This document shows positions 8,794 through 21,938 of a DNA stretch of 64,000 nt, one piece after another. Source of the stretch: Nitrosopumilus sp. (lineage in GTDB: Archaea; Thermoproteota; Nitrososphaeria; Nitrososphaerales; Nitrosopumilaceae). Each line of letters starts with the position of its first letter. Positions within the stretch are counted from its first letter, which is position 1. The stretch spans positions 1,504,001 through 1,568,000 of the forward strand of contig OZ240211.1 in NCBI GenBank assembly GCA_965197525.1. The letters run 5' to 3'. Position numbers and translations under genes: made by a program. The notes beneath the pieces were generated by a model. It was not told where the DNA came from, made no database searches, and was given only the letters and a program-made list of their open reading frames with translations.

Positions 8794-11700
8794 GTTTTAA
8801 TCTTTGTTGTATTAGAATTTCCTTTGAACTGCCTTGTGGTATACGCAGAGTGTGAGGGTATATTGGTTTCAATCTTTGTTGTATTAGAATTTCCTTTGAA
8901 CTATGCCCACTATCCAAAATCGATCCCCCCCCCCTGTTAGTTTCAATCTTTGTTGTATTAGAATTTCCTTTGAACCTAGAAGCAACTAATCCAGTCGCTT
9001 GACCTGCACCGTTTCAATCTTTGTTGTATTAGAATTTCCTTTGAACAAATGTGGGTAGGTATTGAATACCCATCATCATTTAGTTTCAATCTTTGTTGTA
9101 TTAGAATTTCCTTTGAACCAAATGTCAATACTCAAAGACGCTTTAACTAAGTCGTTTCAATCTTTGTTGTATTAGAATTTCCTTTGAACCGATCCCTCAA
9201 TCTTGGAATAGACTACTTTCAAGAGTTTCAATCTTTGTTGTATTAGAATTTCCTTTGAACATAGTGTAAAGGCAGAGAGGGATTATGTTGGCACGTTTCA
9301 ATCTTTGTTGTATTAGAATTTCCTTTGAACGCGTTATTGGGGTATGGTCCTCATCCAAATGCTAGTTTCAATCTTTGTTGTATTAGAATTTCCTTTGAAC
9401 TTGTTTTTTTTATCAAATTGTAAAAAAAAGCAATATGTTTCAATCTTTGTTGTATTAGAATTTCCTTTGAACTAACTTGCACTAGTGAATCTTCCCAGAT
9501 AACATCGTTTCAATCTTTGTTGTATTAGAATTTCCTTTGAACTGTCAGATGATCTACTGTTTGTATTTGTTCTGTTGCGTTTCAATCTTTGTTGTATTAG
9601 AATTTCCTTTGAACTTCAAAGCCACCTTCGATTCCAGCTGCTGCCAAAGGTTTCAATCTTTGTTGTATTAGAATTTCCTTTGAACTCATCACCTCTAATA
9701 CTTTCAAATATATCATTACGTTTCAATCTTTGTTGTATTAGAATTTCCTTTGAACCTTATTGCATCCATCCGTGAAATATCGTCAAACAGGTTTCAATCT
9801 TTGTTGTATTAGAATTTCCTTTGAACGGAGATAAAATATTTCATCAGCCGGAGGGATATGGGTTTCAATCTTTGTTGTATTAGAATTTCCTTTGAACTTA
9901 CCCAGATGGTGATTGATTATATGCCAAGAGAGTTTCAATCTTTGTTGTATTAGAATTTCCTTTGAACATTCTGCTTATGTTGATATCGATGACGATGCAA
10001 TGTTTCAATCTTTGTTGTATTAGAATTTCCTTTGAACTTGATGTAAAAAATTCTTATCTTCTGACCATTTGGAGTTTCAATCTTTGTTGTATTAGAATTT
10101 CCTTTGAACTGATCTGCCATAACGGCCCCGGTACCATAGGCAACGTTTCAATCTTTGTTGTATTAGAATTTCCTTTGAACATATGTTGATTGTTGCATTA
10201 GATCGAAACTATTGGTTTCAATCTTTGTTGTATTAGAATTTCCTTTGAACTTGTAAATTCTATATCCTCAATATAATCCAATGTCAGTTTCAATCTTTGT
10301 TGTATTAGAATTTCCTTTGAACTCTATACCTGAAGATACTGATTGTCCTACACCATGTTTCAATCTTTGTTGTATTAGAATTTCCTTTGAACCGCTTTTT
10401 TCTATTTTTATCATGTCTCTTGTTAAACGTTTCAATCTTTGTTGTATTAGAATTTCCTTTGAACTTCAGTGAGGGATCTGCTTGTGTCTTTGTCTATGGC
10501 AGTTTCAATCTTTGTTGTATTAGAATTTCCTTTGAACTGTCCACTTCCTGTTTAGTGTCAAAATCTTGTGAGTTTCAATCTTTGTTGTATTAGAATTTCC
10601 TTTGAACCTGGTTTTTTCATGGAATCACTGCTAGTTATCAAGTTTCAATCTTTGTTGTATTAGAATTTCCTTTGAACCATCATTATTTTTTATAGAGCCT
10701 TTTGGTTTTATGTTTCAATCTTTGTTGTATTAGAATTTCCTTTGAACTAAGCATTAACGCCAATCAACCCGGGCAGGTCTGGGTTTCAATCTTTGTTGTA
10801 TTAGAATTTCCTTTGAACTAATGCACAACAAGGCAAACCTGTCAGGGTCTGCTGGTTTCAATCTTTGTTGTATTAGAATTTCCTTTGAACCATCTAATAA
10901 TCCCTTATCTCTAGCTATCCAATAGTTTCAATCTTTGTTGTATTAGAATTTCCTTTGAACCCGTTGTTAGGAAATTGGAACCGCCTGCGATTGTGGTTTC
11001 AATCTTTGTTGTATTAGAATTTCCTTTGAACGCTGTGTTGATGGTGGTACTTGGATTCTCGAGGGTGTTTCAATCTTTGTTGTATTAGAATTTCCTTTGA
11101 ACAAAGGGTAATTGAAAGAAAACACATAACCCCTATTAAGTTTCAATCTTTGTTGTATTAGAATTTCCTTTGAACCATCCTATCAGTAACCCTATTTAGC
11201 CACAATTGGAGTTTCAATCTTTGTTGTATTAGAATTTCCTTTGAACTACTGCCATGTTCAGTATTATAGCCCAATTCGAGGTTTCAATCTTTGTTGTATT
11301 AGAATTTCCTTTGAACGCTATACTGTCCTGAACATTATGGCAGTCATGCTAAGTTTCAATCTTTGTTGTATTAGAATTTCCTTTGAACTATTTGGTGGTA
11401 CTTGATGGTGATTATGAAGATGAGTTTCAATCTTTGTTGTATTAGAATTTCCTTTGAACTGACCCACCAACACCAGTTTCTACAATAATAGAGTGTTTCA
11501 ATCTTTGTTGTATTAGAATTTCCTTTGAACCCAACTGGTAACCTGTTTGGCCCGGTGTACCGCCGTTTCAATCTTTGTTGTATTAGAATTTCCTTTGAAC
11601 CAACTTGCTATTCATTTTTGTGAATCCGTTTTCGTTGTTTCAATCTTTGTTGTATTAGAATTTCCTTTGAACTAACTGCTTTTCTTCTGTTGTTTTTGTA

Positions 11701-14700
11701 CAATAGATGTTTCAATCTTTGTTGTATTAGAATTTCCTTTGAACTTTGGGGCGATATAATCAATCTTGGAACACTTGGTAGTTTCAATCTTTGTTGTATT
11801 AGAATTTCCTTTGAACAGGCCACTCAGCCATGTATGTACGACGGTATTCTGGTTTCAATCTTTGTTGTATTAGAATTTCCTTTGAACCCATTTTTTGACC
11901 CCCCTACTCAGTGTGGGCATAGTTTCAATCTTTGTTGTATTAGAATTTCCTTTGAACTGTGATAGTGGAATCAGACAGTGTTTGGATTACTGGTTTCAAT
12001 CTTTGTTGTATTAGAATTTCCTTTGAACCCATTACCCAATCGACCTGTTGGTTTTATCACTAGTTTCAATCTTTGTTGTATTAGAATTTCCTTTGAACCG
12101 TGGCGGTTCTCGTGGTGGATTCTCTCAAGGAGGGTTTCAATCTTTGTTGTATTAGAATTTCCTTTGAACTTTTTTTTTCTGTTCAGGGGATCGGCTGATT
12201 GATCCGTTTCAATCTTTGTTGTATTAGAATTTCCTTTGAACTTTGACAGTTTCGGGTGTATGTTTCCCTTTATGTTCAGTTTCAATCTTTGTTGTATTAG
12301 AATTTCCTTTGAACTTGTAGCAGATGATACTAAGTCTATATTGTTTCAGGGGTTTCAATCTTTGTTGTATTAGAATTTCCTTTGAACGTTTACAATCATA
12401 TTACCAAACAGATGATTTTTCAGGTTTCAATCTTTGTTGTATTAGAATTTCCTTTGAACTTCTTTAGGTAATAATTTGTCATGTGCTTTAACAGTTTCAA
12501 TCTTTGTTGTATTAGAATTTCCTTTGAACTTATGAGACCCAAGTTTAATAGAGGATGTGTGACGGTTTCAATCTTTGTTGTATTAGAATTTCCTTTGAAC
12601 TTCAGAGAGGCGGCGATCGCTACAATCCGATCAGCGTTTCAATCTTTGTTGTATTAGAATTTCCTTTGAACTCGAGTATAATTTCAGAACTGGTTTTAGA
12701 GTAACCGGTTTCAATCTTTGTTGTATTAGAATTTCCTTTGAACTATGGCCAATTGCCCCCCCTTTCTGGAGGAGATCGTTTCAATCTTTGTTGTATTAGA
12801 ATTTCCTTTGAACCTTTATCGTCAATGATTCCATGCAGCTCTTTGGGGTTTCAATCTTTGTTGTATTAGAATTTCCTTTGAACTTTAAGCGCGCGGACAA
12901 TAGTTGCTGTCACTAATGTTTCAATCTTTGTTGTATTAGAATTTCCTTTGAACTAACATACCTCAACGAGATCACAACTTGCAAAACGAGTTTCAATCTT
13001 TGTTGTATTAGAATTTCCTTTGAACGACCGATACAGTAAAGGACACAGTGGAACACGCATGTTTCAATCTTTGTTGTATTAGAATTTCCTTTGAACCTGG
13101 TTACTGTCTCCTGATCTTGAATCAGTACGAAGTTTCAATCTTTGTTGTATTAGAATTTCCTTTGAACTGTGGCATTCTCATGGAATAGATCAGACATTGA
13201 ATGTTTCAATCTTTGTTGTATTAGAATTTCCTTTGAACTATAGACCCACACCTGATAAGACTCTATCACAACAGTTTCAATCTTTGTTGTATTAGAATTT
13301 CCTTTGAACATCTGTCCACTAGTGGAACCTAAGATGGTCACAAGTTTCAATCTTTGTTGTATTAGAATTTCCTTTGAACAGTTCTATCCTCGTGGGTCAG
13401 CACGTTGTTCTTGTGTTTCAATCTTTGTTGTATTAGAATTTCCTTTGAACTTCCATTTATGCCAAACTGTACTAATTTCTCGCCGTTTCAATCTTTGTTG
13501 TATTAGAATTTCCTTTGAACTTGCCTCATATTGTTGGATTGCCTCAGTAGGTGTGTTTCAATCTTTGTTGTATTAGAATTTCCTTTGAACGTGCCTATGC
13601 AGTTTAACGAGGTGCTAATTATTGGGTTTCAATCTTTGTTGTATTAGAATTTCCTTTGAACTAATTATAACCAAGTAATATCGTACGATCTTTAAGTTTC
13701 AATCTTTGTTGTATTAGAATTTCCTTTGAACTTTACCATCTTTTTGAGGCGGCTCCACTTTGGAGGGTTTCAATCTTTGTTGTATTAGAATTTCCTTTGA
13801 ACATTGTATCAAGATTTTGATACGTATGAATACAATAGTTTCAATCTTTGTTGTATTAGAATTTCCTTTGAACCCGGCGGCAATTTTTGGAGCGGGACGC
13901 GTGATGTAGTTTCAATCTTTGTTGTATTAGAATTTCCTTTGAACTATTTACTCGGAACACACCACAGAAGCAGGTCACAGTTTCAATCTTTGTTGTATTA
14001 GAATTTCCTTTGAACCATCGCCAAGCTAAATTGGAAGGTGATCACTCTCAGTTTCAATCTTTGTTGTATTAGAATTTCCTTTGAACAGCATTGGACAGCA
14101 GAGGCGCCCCACCTACAAGAGTTTCAATCTTTGTTGTATTAGAATTTCCTTTGAACTTTCATCCGTCACTTCCTCATGATATAATTGCTTGTTTCAATCT
14201 TTGTTGTATTAGAATTTCCTTTGAACCCCCTCTCATTCATCTCTTTGACTGCCTGGTTACCGGTTTCAATCTTTGTTGTATTAGAATTTCCTTTGAACTT
14301 TCTCAGCAGCACCTGGGCTATCCAAATACCAAGTTTCAATCTTTGTTGTATTAGAATTTCCTTTGAACAATGTGTCGCGCCTTCTGTCGTGAATGGATTT
14401 GTGTTTCAATCTTTGTTGTATTAGAATTTCCTTTGAACTGAGACCATGTATCACTGTATAATGACAATGCCACAATCGTTTCAATCTTTGTTGTATTAGA
14501 ATTTCCTTTGAACTTATTTGGCTTTCCGCCTATCCTAGTCGTTGGCAGTTTCAATCTTTGTTGTATTAGAATTTCCTTTGAACCTTGCTCATCTGCTCAC
14601 TCAATGGGAGGAGGTGAGTTTCAATCTTTGTTGTATTAGAATTTCCTTTGAACAAACCGATCTGGTTTTTACATCATATACAACATTGAGTTTCAATCTT

Positions 14701-17700
14701 TGTTGTATTAGAATTTCCTTTGAACCTTGGACATGTTGGCAGAACTTGACATCATTAAGAGTTTCAATCTTTGTTGTATTAGAATTTCCTTTGAACTAGC
14801 GCGGCCTCGGTTCCTAGCGCTGCCCTCCAGGTGTTTCAATCTTTGTTGTATTAGAATTTCCTTTGAACTGTAAAGCGTAGACGTCAAGCCAGCCCCAAAA
14901 AAGGGTTTCAATCTTTGTTGTATTAGAATTTCCTTTGAACAATTCTAGCGGATCGATTTTTTTCACGATTCTTTTTTGTTTCAATCTTTGTTGTATTAGA
15001 ATTTCCTTTGAACTTCTTCGGCTCTATCTATGTCGTTATTCTCATAGGTGTTTCAATCTTTGTTGTATTAGAATTTCCTTTGAACGACCAAGTACTGAGT
15101 CATCAGGGATAGGATCATAGTTTCAATCTTTGTTGTATTAGAATTTCCTTTGAACTTTGGGGCTGCCAAAAGAGTTGCACGGAGTAATTGAGTTTCAATC
15201 TTTGTTGTATTAGAATTTCCTTTGAACCAAGGGTATCGGCACAATTCTAGAAGAATACATGGGTTTCAATCTTTGTTGTATTAGAATTTCCTTTGAACTA
15301 AAATTGAATGGAGCCGGGTTTCACTTTCAGAGGGTTTCAATCTTTGTTGTATTAGAATTTCCTTTGAACACTGGTACCTCCGAGGGTGTATAATGTCAGT
15401 AAAGTTTCAATCTTTGTTGTATTAGAATTTCCTTTGAACCCTGTAAATTTGTGTTTGGCGTTGTGCTCGATTATGTTTCAATCTTTGTTGTATTAGAATT
15501 TCCTTTGAACCCTTTTTCTAACTGGGTCGATACCCTGTTTAGGGAGTTTCAATCTTTGTTGTATTAGAATTTCCTTTGAACCTTCATTGTCGAGTACGGC
15601 ACTCAGTCCCTTTGGGTTTCAATCTTTGTTGTATTAGAATTTCCTTTGAACTTATCTGTGGTTTCGCCGCCGGTTCCGTTGCCGTCGGTTTCAATCTTTG
15701 TTGTATTAGAATTTCCTTTGAACGTACTGCAGCATCTAACTCTCCTTGATGCTGTGCAAGGTTTCAATCTTTGTTGTATTAGAATTTCCTTTGAACTTTG
15801 GGAGCGATTTTGCAGTCGTCCACTAATCCAATCGTTTCAATCTTTGTTGTATTAGAATTTCCTTTGAACCCCCTCCGTAGTTTCTGACTCCAAACCTTTT
15901 ACCTCGTTTCAATCTTTGTTGTATTAGAATTTCCTTTGAACAGTGGTCAATATGGGGGAGTGCTCCAAGTGGGGCGGTTTCAATCTTTGTTGTATTAGAA
16001 TTTCCTTTGAACTACACCTGTCGGTACATTTGATGTCAGGACGGTATGTTTCAATCTTTGTTGTATTAGAATTTCCTTTGAACTAGGCGATTTCCTCCGA
16101 GACACAAACGTACTACAGTTTCAATCTTTGTTGTATTAGAATTTCCTTTGAACTGTAGGATTCGGGGATCTTGTTACCTCTTTGCCATGTTTCAATCTTT
16201 GTTGTATTAGAATTTCCTTTGAACTAGGTTATCTTATCTTGTTGTTGGGTTCTGTTACTAGTTTCAATCTTTGTTGTATTAGAATTTCCTTTGAACTATC
16301 CTTTAGTCAATTCTGCGTACTTTGCAGGATCGTTTCAATCTTTGTTGTATTAGAATTTCCTTTGAACTGTCTTTATCGTACTGGGTACATTTTGGGTTGA
16401 TAGTTTCAATCTTTGTTGTATTAGAATTTCCTTTGAACGGTAATAGGTTATTGTGGGCTTTGGTATAGTGATCGGTTTCAATCTTTGTTGTATTAGAATT
16501 TCCTTTGAACTTGATGGCCCTCCTGCTAATCCCTCTTCCTCTGCAGTTTCAATCTTTGTTGTATTAGAATTTCCTTTGAACTCTCAAACCTTTCAACGGT
16601 GAATCGATCGGATCTTAGTTTCAATCTTTGTTGTATTAGAATTTCCTTTGAACTGTCATAGTTGTGAGTTTGAATTACAGTATGTCAGTTTCAATCTTTG
16701 TTGTATTAGAATTTCCTTTGAACATAATATATTAGCTCGTACATCATCGAAGAACGTTAGTTTCAATCTTTGTTGTATTAGAATTTCCTTTGAACTATAC
16801 AACAATCAGGGATGCCATATTTGACAACGGGTTTCAATCTTTGTTGTATTAGAATTTCCTTTGAACTCGGTCCATTCAATAGCAGAGTTGTCAGCCATTA
16901 AGTTTCAATCTTTGTTGTATTAGAATTTCCTTTGAACTGTGTATGTGTCCTGAATGTGTGCAGGAGGAGTGTTTCAATCTTTGTTGTATTAGAATTTCCT
17001 TTGAACTGACACAAATATATCAAAGCACTGCTTTTCAAGGGTTTCAATCTTTGTTGTATTAGAATTTCCTTTGAACAAAACCAAACTGGTAATCTTTGGA
17101 CTTGAATATAGTTTCAATCTTTGTTGTATTAGAATTTCCTTTGAACTTTTGGTATCCTAGCCTACGGTGAGGGGCTTTTCCCGTTTCAATCTTTGTTGTA
17201 TTAGAATTTCCTTTGAACGTATTGCCACACAGCCAACAAGTATGTTTCACAGGTTTCAATCTTTGTTGTATTAGAATTTCCTTTGAACAGGTTAGGGTCG
17301 AGTAGAATCTGTTCAACAGCCATGTTTCAATCTTTGTTGTATTAGAATTTCCTTTGAACCGGTTTCGGTAGTGCAAAAAAGCAAGAAGACGCTCTGTTTC
17401 AATCTTTGTTGTATTAGAATTTCCTTTGAACTTTATTGTTGTATCTTGCATATGTGTCTGACATGGTTTCAATCTTTGTTGTATTAGAATTTCCTTTGAA
17501 CTCAATGAAAAAAAGGCAACAACAGCAAATAAAAACAGTTTCAATCTTTGTTGTATTAGAATTTCCTTTGAACTATTGGACTGCGATCCGTTTTAGTGTT
17601 ATCCGGTAGTTTCAATCTTTGTTGTATTAGAATTTCCTTTGAACCTAATAAAGGTTTGTTGTGGGATATCATCTAAGAGGTTTCAATCTTTGTTGTATTA

Positions 17701-19989
17701 GAATTTCCTTTGAACTATACTAGACGTGCAGATATTGGCGCCGATATTGCGTTTCAATCTTTGTTGTATTAGAATTTCCTTTGAACATCTGCCTATTGAT
17801 GCATGGATGGGTGCTTTGGATGTTTCAATCTTTGTTGTATTAGAATTTCCTTTGAACTGCAGCTGGTGGAGGTAGTGCTGCATATGCTGGGTGTTTCAAT
17901 CTTTGTTGTATTAGAATTTCCTTTGAACTGATGATGACACGACTCGTATCGCAAGTATCTTAGTTTCAATCTTTGTTGTATTAGAATTTCCTTTGAACTT
18001 GCGTATATCAGCCAGGGCAAACGCCATAAGGAGTTTCAATCTTTGTTGTATTAGAATTTCCTTTGAACGTTCTTTTTCGTTGTCTGCTCGTCTCCAAATT
18101 TTGTTTCAATCTTTGTTGTATTAGAATTTCCTTTGAACTCCCAAATCCAAATGCAGGAGCACCGGCAGCGCCTGGTTTCAATCTTTGTTGTATTAGAATT
18201 TCCTTTGAACTCAAAAACATGGAAGGTAATGCCGGAAGTATGGTAAGTTTCAATCTTTGTTGTATTAGAATTTCCTTTGAACAGATTTTGCATCGCCGAG
18301 CGCTCTCAATGTTGAAGGTTTCAATCTTTGTTGTATTAGAATTTCCTTTGAACCGTAAACGCTCACCACTCCAACCTTTTTTTTTGCGTTTCAATCTTTG
18401 TTGTATTAGAATTTCCTTTGAACCAGGGGTAGGGCTGGGTATTTAGGGCCTGGGAACGTTTCAATCTTTGTTGTATTAGAATTTCCTTTGAACTAAAATT
18501 TGCCTTGCAATAGTCGTCAATATTCTTGGTTTCAATCTTTGTTGTATTAGAATTTCCTTTGAACCTACGGCCACATAGCGCATGGGCAGAACTAGAAATG
18601 TTTCAATCTTTGTTGTATTAGAATTTCCTTTGAACGCTGCTACGGCTCCTATCCTTTGACCGGCCTCCAGTTTCAATCTTTGTTGTATTAGAATTTCCTT
18701 TGAACTTGGTTTAGTTTGCCGACAGATACACATATCAGGAGTTTCAATCTTTGTTGTATTAGAATTTCCTTTGAACCGCATTATCTCGAAACAAAGAGTC
18801 GACCCAGCTAGGTTTCAATCTTTGTTGTATTAGAATTTCCTTTGAACTGAGAACTGGCTGATTAGTTTGCCTGGCTGCAAGAGTGTTTCAATCTTTGTTG
18901 TATTAGAATTTCCTTTGAACCTGATCCTTGCTTGGGTGGTGTTCCCGTGATTAGTCGTTTCAATCTTTGTTGTATTAGAATTTCCTTTGAACTGTCTCTT
19001 TTCTCTTCGGCTGTACCGGTTGTTGGAGTTTCAATCTTTGTTGTATTAGAATTTCCTTTGAACATTTATACTTCTACCCATACTGGATATGACATGTGTT
19101 TCAATCTTTGTTGTATTAGAATTTCCTTTGAACAGAGTTCGGGGGAACCGATAAGCGTGATTATCGGTGCGTTTCAATCTTTGTTGTATTAGAATTTCCT
19201 TTGAACCGTACACCACGCCACCAATGTTTGATGGACACAGAGGTTTCAATCTTTGTTGTATTAGAATTTCCTTTGAACTAGCCTCGAATGGTCAGACCTA
19301 ACCACAAACTCGTGTTTCAATCTTTGTTGTATTAGAATTTCCTTTGAACCGTATGATCTTGGCCAAAGACCCGGGGTCTGGTGGGTTTCAATCTTTGTTG
19401 TATTAGAATTTCCTTTGAACCGCCGCTAGATATTTCGTTGTAAACCGATCATCATTGTTTCAATCTTTGTTGTATTAGAATTTCCTTTGAACTTTTTTCT
19501 GATATGCCATTTGCCAATACCTTGGGTTTCAATCTTTGTTGTATTAGAATTTCCTTTGAACATGAATTGATCAGAGCCATGCCATTGTGGTAATCTGGTT
19601 TCAATCTTTGTTGTATTAGAATTTCCTTTGAACCTACTGGCGAGAATGCATTTCATCTACGAATTATGTTTCAATCTTTGTTGTATTAGAATTTCCTTTG
19701 AACATACTGGTTTGAGGATGTATTCAAAAGGGAGATCAAGTTTCAATCTTTGTTGTATTAGAATTTCCTTTGAACTATGCTGCTTTCTATTTCACTATGC
19801 GCCTTTTCTGTTTCAATCTTTGTTGTATTAGAATTTCCTTTGAACGACTCCCCCCTCACCATATTTTTAATGAGATCCAATTGTTTCAATCTTTGTTGTA
19901 TTAGAATTTCCTTTGAACTTGAACCCTGCCAACTTTACTGCTTCTCTGCCGTAGTTTCAATCTTTGTTGTATTAGAATTTCCTTTGAAC
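8794..19989 (-). CRISPR. CRISPR array, ~158 repeats / ~157 spacers; 36 bp repeat GTTCAAAGGAAATTCTAATACAACAAAGATTGAAAC (transcribed orientation)
   Basis: Repeat recurs every ~71 bp with 33-39 bp spacers. The only variant noticed is the leftmost copy (GTTTTAATC), marking the trailer. The 3' ATTGAAAC handle and the adjacent cas4/leader place transcription on the minus strand. Counts are by hand. Confidence 0.99.
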
Positions 19990-20068
19990 AGTCCATTTTT
20001 TACCTGATTTATCTTATTTGAAGTGCTTTTTGGCACCTATTATAAATTTGAATGCCAAGATCTAATAA
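19990..20068 (-). promoter_or_regulatory. Short AT-rich CRISPR leader with TATA-like box
   Basis: 79 bp between the cas4 stop and the first repeat; TTTATAAT on the minus strand at 20039-20046. Confidence 0.75.
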
Positions 20069-20659
20069 TTATTGATCCGTATTTAAAGAACCGACATCAC
20101 ATATCTTTCTATAACAACAATCAGGACATCTACCATCATATGTAGATTCAGGCATAATCCCATCATTAATGATTCTCTTTGTATCCTCTAACATACAAAG
20201 CGCATATTCTTTTAGATTCTGATCTACATCAACTGTAATTTGTACCCTCTTGCCATCTTTTGTAAATATTACAAGAGCATAGATCACAGGTTTCTGAAAA
20301 TACTCTTCAAGTAAAATAGATAGTAAACCAATCTGGACTCTTAAAGTATCATGAATACTATTTGAATTTGTGTATTTGCGCTCTACAAGTACTAGACCTT
20401 CATTCGTTACAATCACATGATCAAATACTCCTACAAAATCATGTTTTTTCGAATAAATTTTTTGAGATGAAATTTTAGTACCCTCAAGTTGTGTGGGAAT
20501 AAATTTCTTGTTTGTATTCTCTGATACTTTGTGATGAACTCTCCCTTTCATCACTGTTCCTCTTTTTTGTTCATACTGTTCAAGCCCCATAACTTTTTCA
20601 TAATACGTAAATTTAGGACAAAATACATGTTCTACGACGTTTGTAACTGATAGTACCAT
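20069..20659 (-). CDS. cas4: CRISPR-associated exonuclease Cas4
   Basis: HVFCPKFTYYE, GVFD..LVERK, C-terminal CPDCCYRKIC Fe-S ligands. Confidence 0.95.
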   Translation of the reverse strand: MVLSVTNVVEHVFCPKFTYYEKVMGLEQYEQKRGTVMKGRVHHKVSENTNKKFIPTQLEGTKISSQKIYSKKHDFVGVFDHVIVTNEGLVLVERKYTNSNSIHDTLRVQIGLLSILLEEYFQKPVIYALVIFTKDGKRVQITVDVDQNLKEYALCMLEDTKRIINDGIMPESTYDGRCPDCCYRKICDVGSLNTDQ

Positions 20660-20971
20660 CTAAAACACCATAGAGTTAGTTTTACCTTCCACATATGCAA
20701 AGTCAAATCTTTTTCCCACTGTCAAAGTATTTTTATAACATTTACTACAATTCATTATAAGATAAAATGAGTCATCATCTTCATTTAGTACAGATTTTAT
20801 TGTTTCTATAAGATCTCTCTTTTGTTGTAATACAAGACCGCCACAAAATACACTTTTTTGAATCCGTACCATTCCTACATCTTTTAAGATTTCAACAACA
20901 GCATCACGTCGTCCATCTTCTATAATATCATATATGGCATAGTAAATTATTTTATCTGTTATTTTTTTCAC
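20660..20971 (-). CDS. cas2: CRISPR-associated endoribonuclease Cas2
   Basis: YAIYDI..D..R, RIQKSVF motif. Confidence 0.95.
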   Translation of the reverse strand: MKKITDKIIYYAIYDIIEDGRRDAVVEILKDVGMVRIQKSVFCGGLVLQQKRDLIETIKSVLNEDDDSFYLIMNCSKCYKNTLTVGKRFDFAYVEGKTNSMVF

Positions 20972-21938
20972 CTTGTTTATCTATATCTAATAACTTTTGA
21001 GCAATATATCTACATTGTAACCATGTTTGTTTTTCAATGGTTGTTTGACATTTATTTTTATATGTATTGATTAATTCAACTCGTGCTTGTTTTGATAGTA
21101 TTATACCTCTAGAAGCATCTTTAGTATATTCAAACCATTCATCTTTAACAATTTTTCGACTAAATAGGTATACAAGTGCCTTGTCAATTATCGACCTACA
21201 TGGCTCTATTAGATCAAATACTAATGTTGGTTTTGCATATGCATCTTTGTGATAAAACCCTGCAGTGGGATCAAGACCAGATAATATAACTATCTTCTCT
21301 ATTCCTTGATATGTTATTCCATACATATAGTTTAAACATACGTTAAATGGATCAAGTCCAGGATTTTGCGATCTTCGCTTGAATTGCCATTTTGTTGGTA
21401 GACATAACGCAATCATTTCAAAATATTTTGCCGCACAACTTCCCTCAAACCCTAAAAATTTTTGTCCAAACTCTTTGTTAAATTTTATTTTCTGAACTTC
21501 ATTCATAGTCATATTGATACTAGATATTGCATTTGTAATAGATTGTGTTAAAGGATTAGATTCTCTATTTTGTTTTAATTCTATTAAGAATTTCTTTTGT
21601 CTCTTAAGCTTTTCAACTAGTAGATCTCTAGTAATTTGAAAAGCAAATAATGTATCATGATTTAGATACTGCTGTCTTCGTATCTGCGTCTGTCTGCCCG
21701 GTTTACTTGACCACATACGAGCAACAGGTTTGCCGGTCCACGATGCTATAACCATTTGTATTTGTCTTTCAATACATAGTCTAATAGCAGCAGTACTTAT
21801 CATTGCGTTTGAAGTAATAATCACTGCTTCAACTTTTTCAGCATCTACTTCTACAGCTTTTTGATCCGGAATATTTACTATAAATCGTTCACGTTTTCTA
21901 CGCAAACTTGCACCATGTGTTGTAATTTCAACTATCAA
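20952..21938 (-). CDS. cas1: CRISPR-associated integrase Cas1
   Basis: GFEGSCAAKYF, NVCLNYMY, GFYH, LVFDLIEP catalytic motifs; probable TTG start at 21938 overlapping the cas6 stop. Confidence 0.96.
   Translation of the reverse strand: MIVEITTHGASLRRKRERFIVNIPDQKAVEVDAEKVEAVIITSNAMISTAAIRLCIERQIQMVIASWTGKPVARMWSSKPGRQTQIRRQQYLNHDTLFAFQITRDLLVEKLKRQKKFLIELKQNRESNPLTQSITNAISSINMTMNEVQKIKFNKEFGQKFLGFEGSCAAKYFEMIALCLPTKWQFKRRSQNPGLDPFNVCLNYMYGITYQGIEKIVILSGLDPTAGFYHKDAYAKPTLVFDLIEPCRSIIDKALVYLFSRKIVKDEWFEYTKDASRGIILSKQARVELINTYKNKCQTTIEKQTWLQCRYIAQKLLDIDKQGEKNNR

Noticed and set aside
19493-19525. Spacer sharing TTGGCAAATGG with the IS transposase gene (~44027-44037)
   Set aside because: Only 11 contiguous bases match; expected by chance and too little for self-targeting.
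9575-20007. Dozens of 60-160 aa ORFs containing FNLCCIRISFE / SKEILIQQRLK / FKGNSNTTKIET
   Set aside because: They are translations of the CRISPR repeat, which lacks stops in several frames; not genes.
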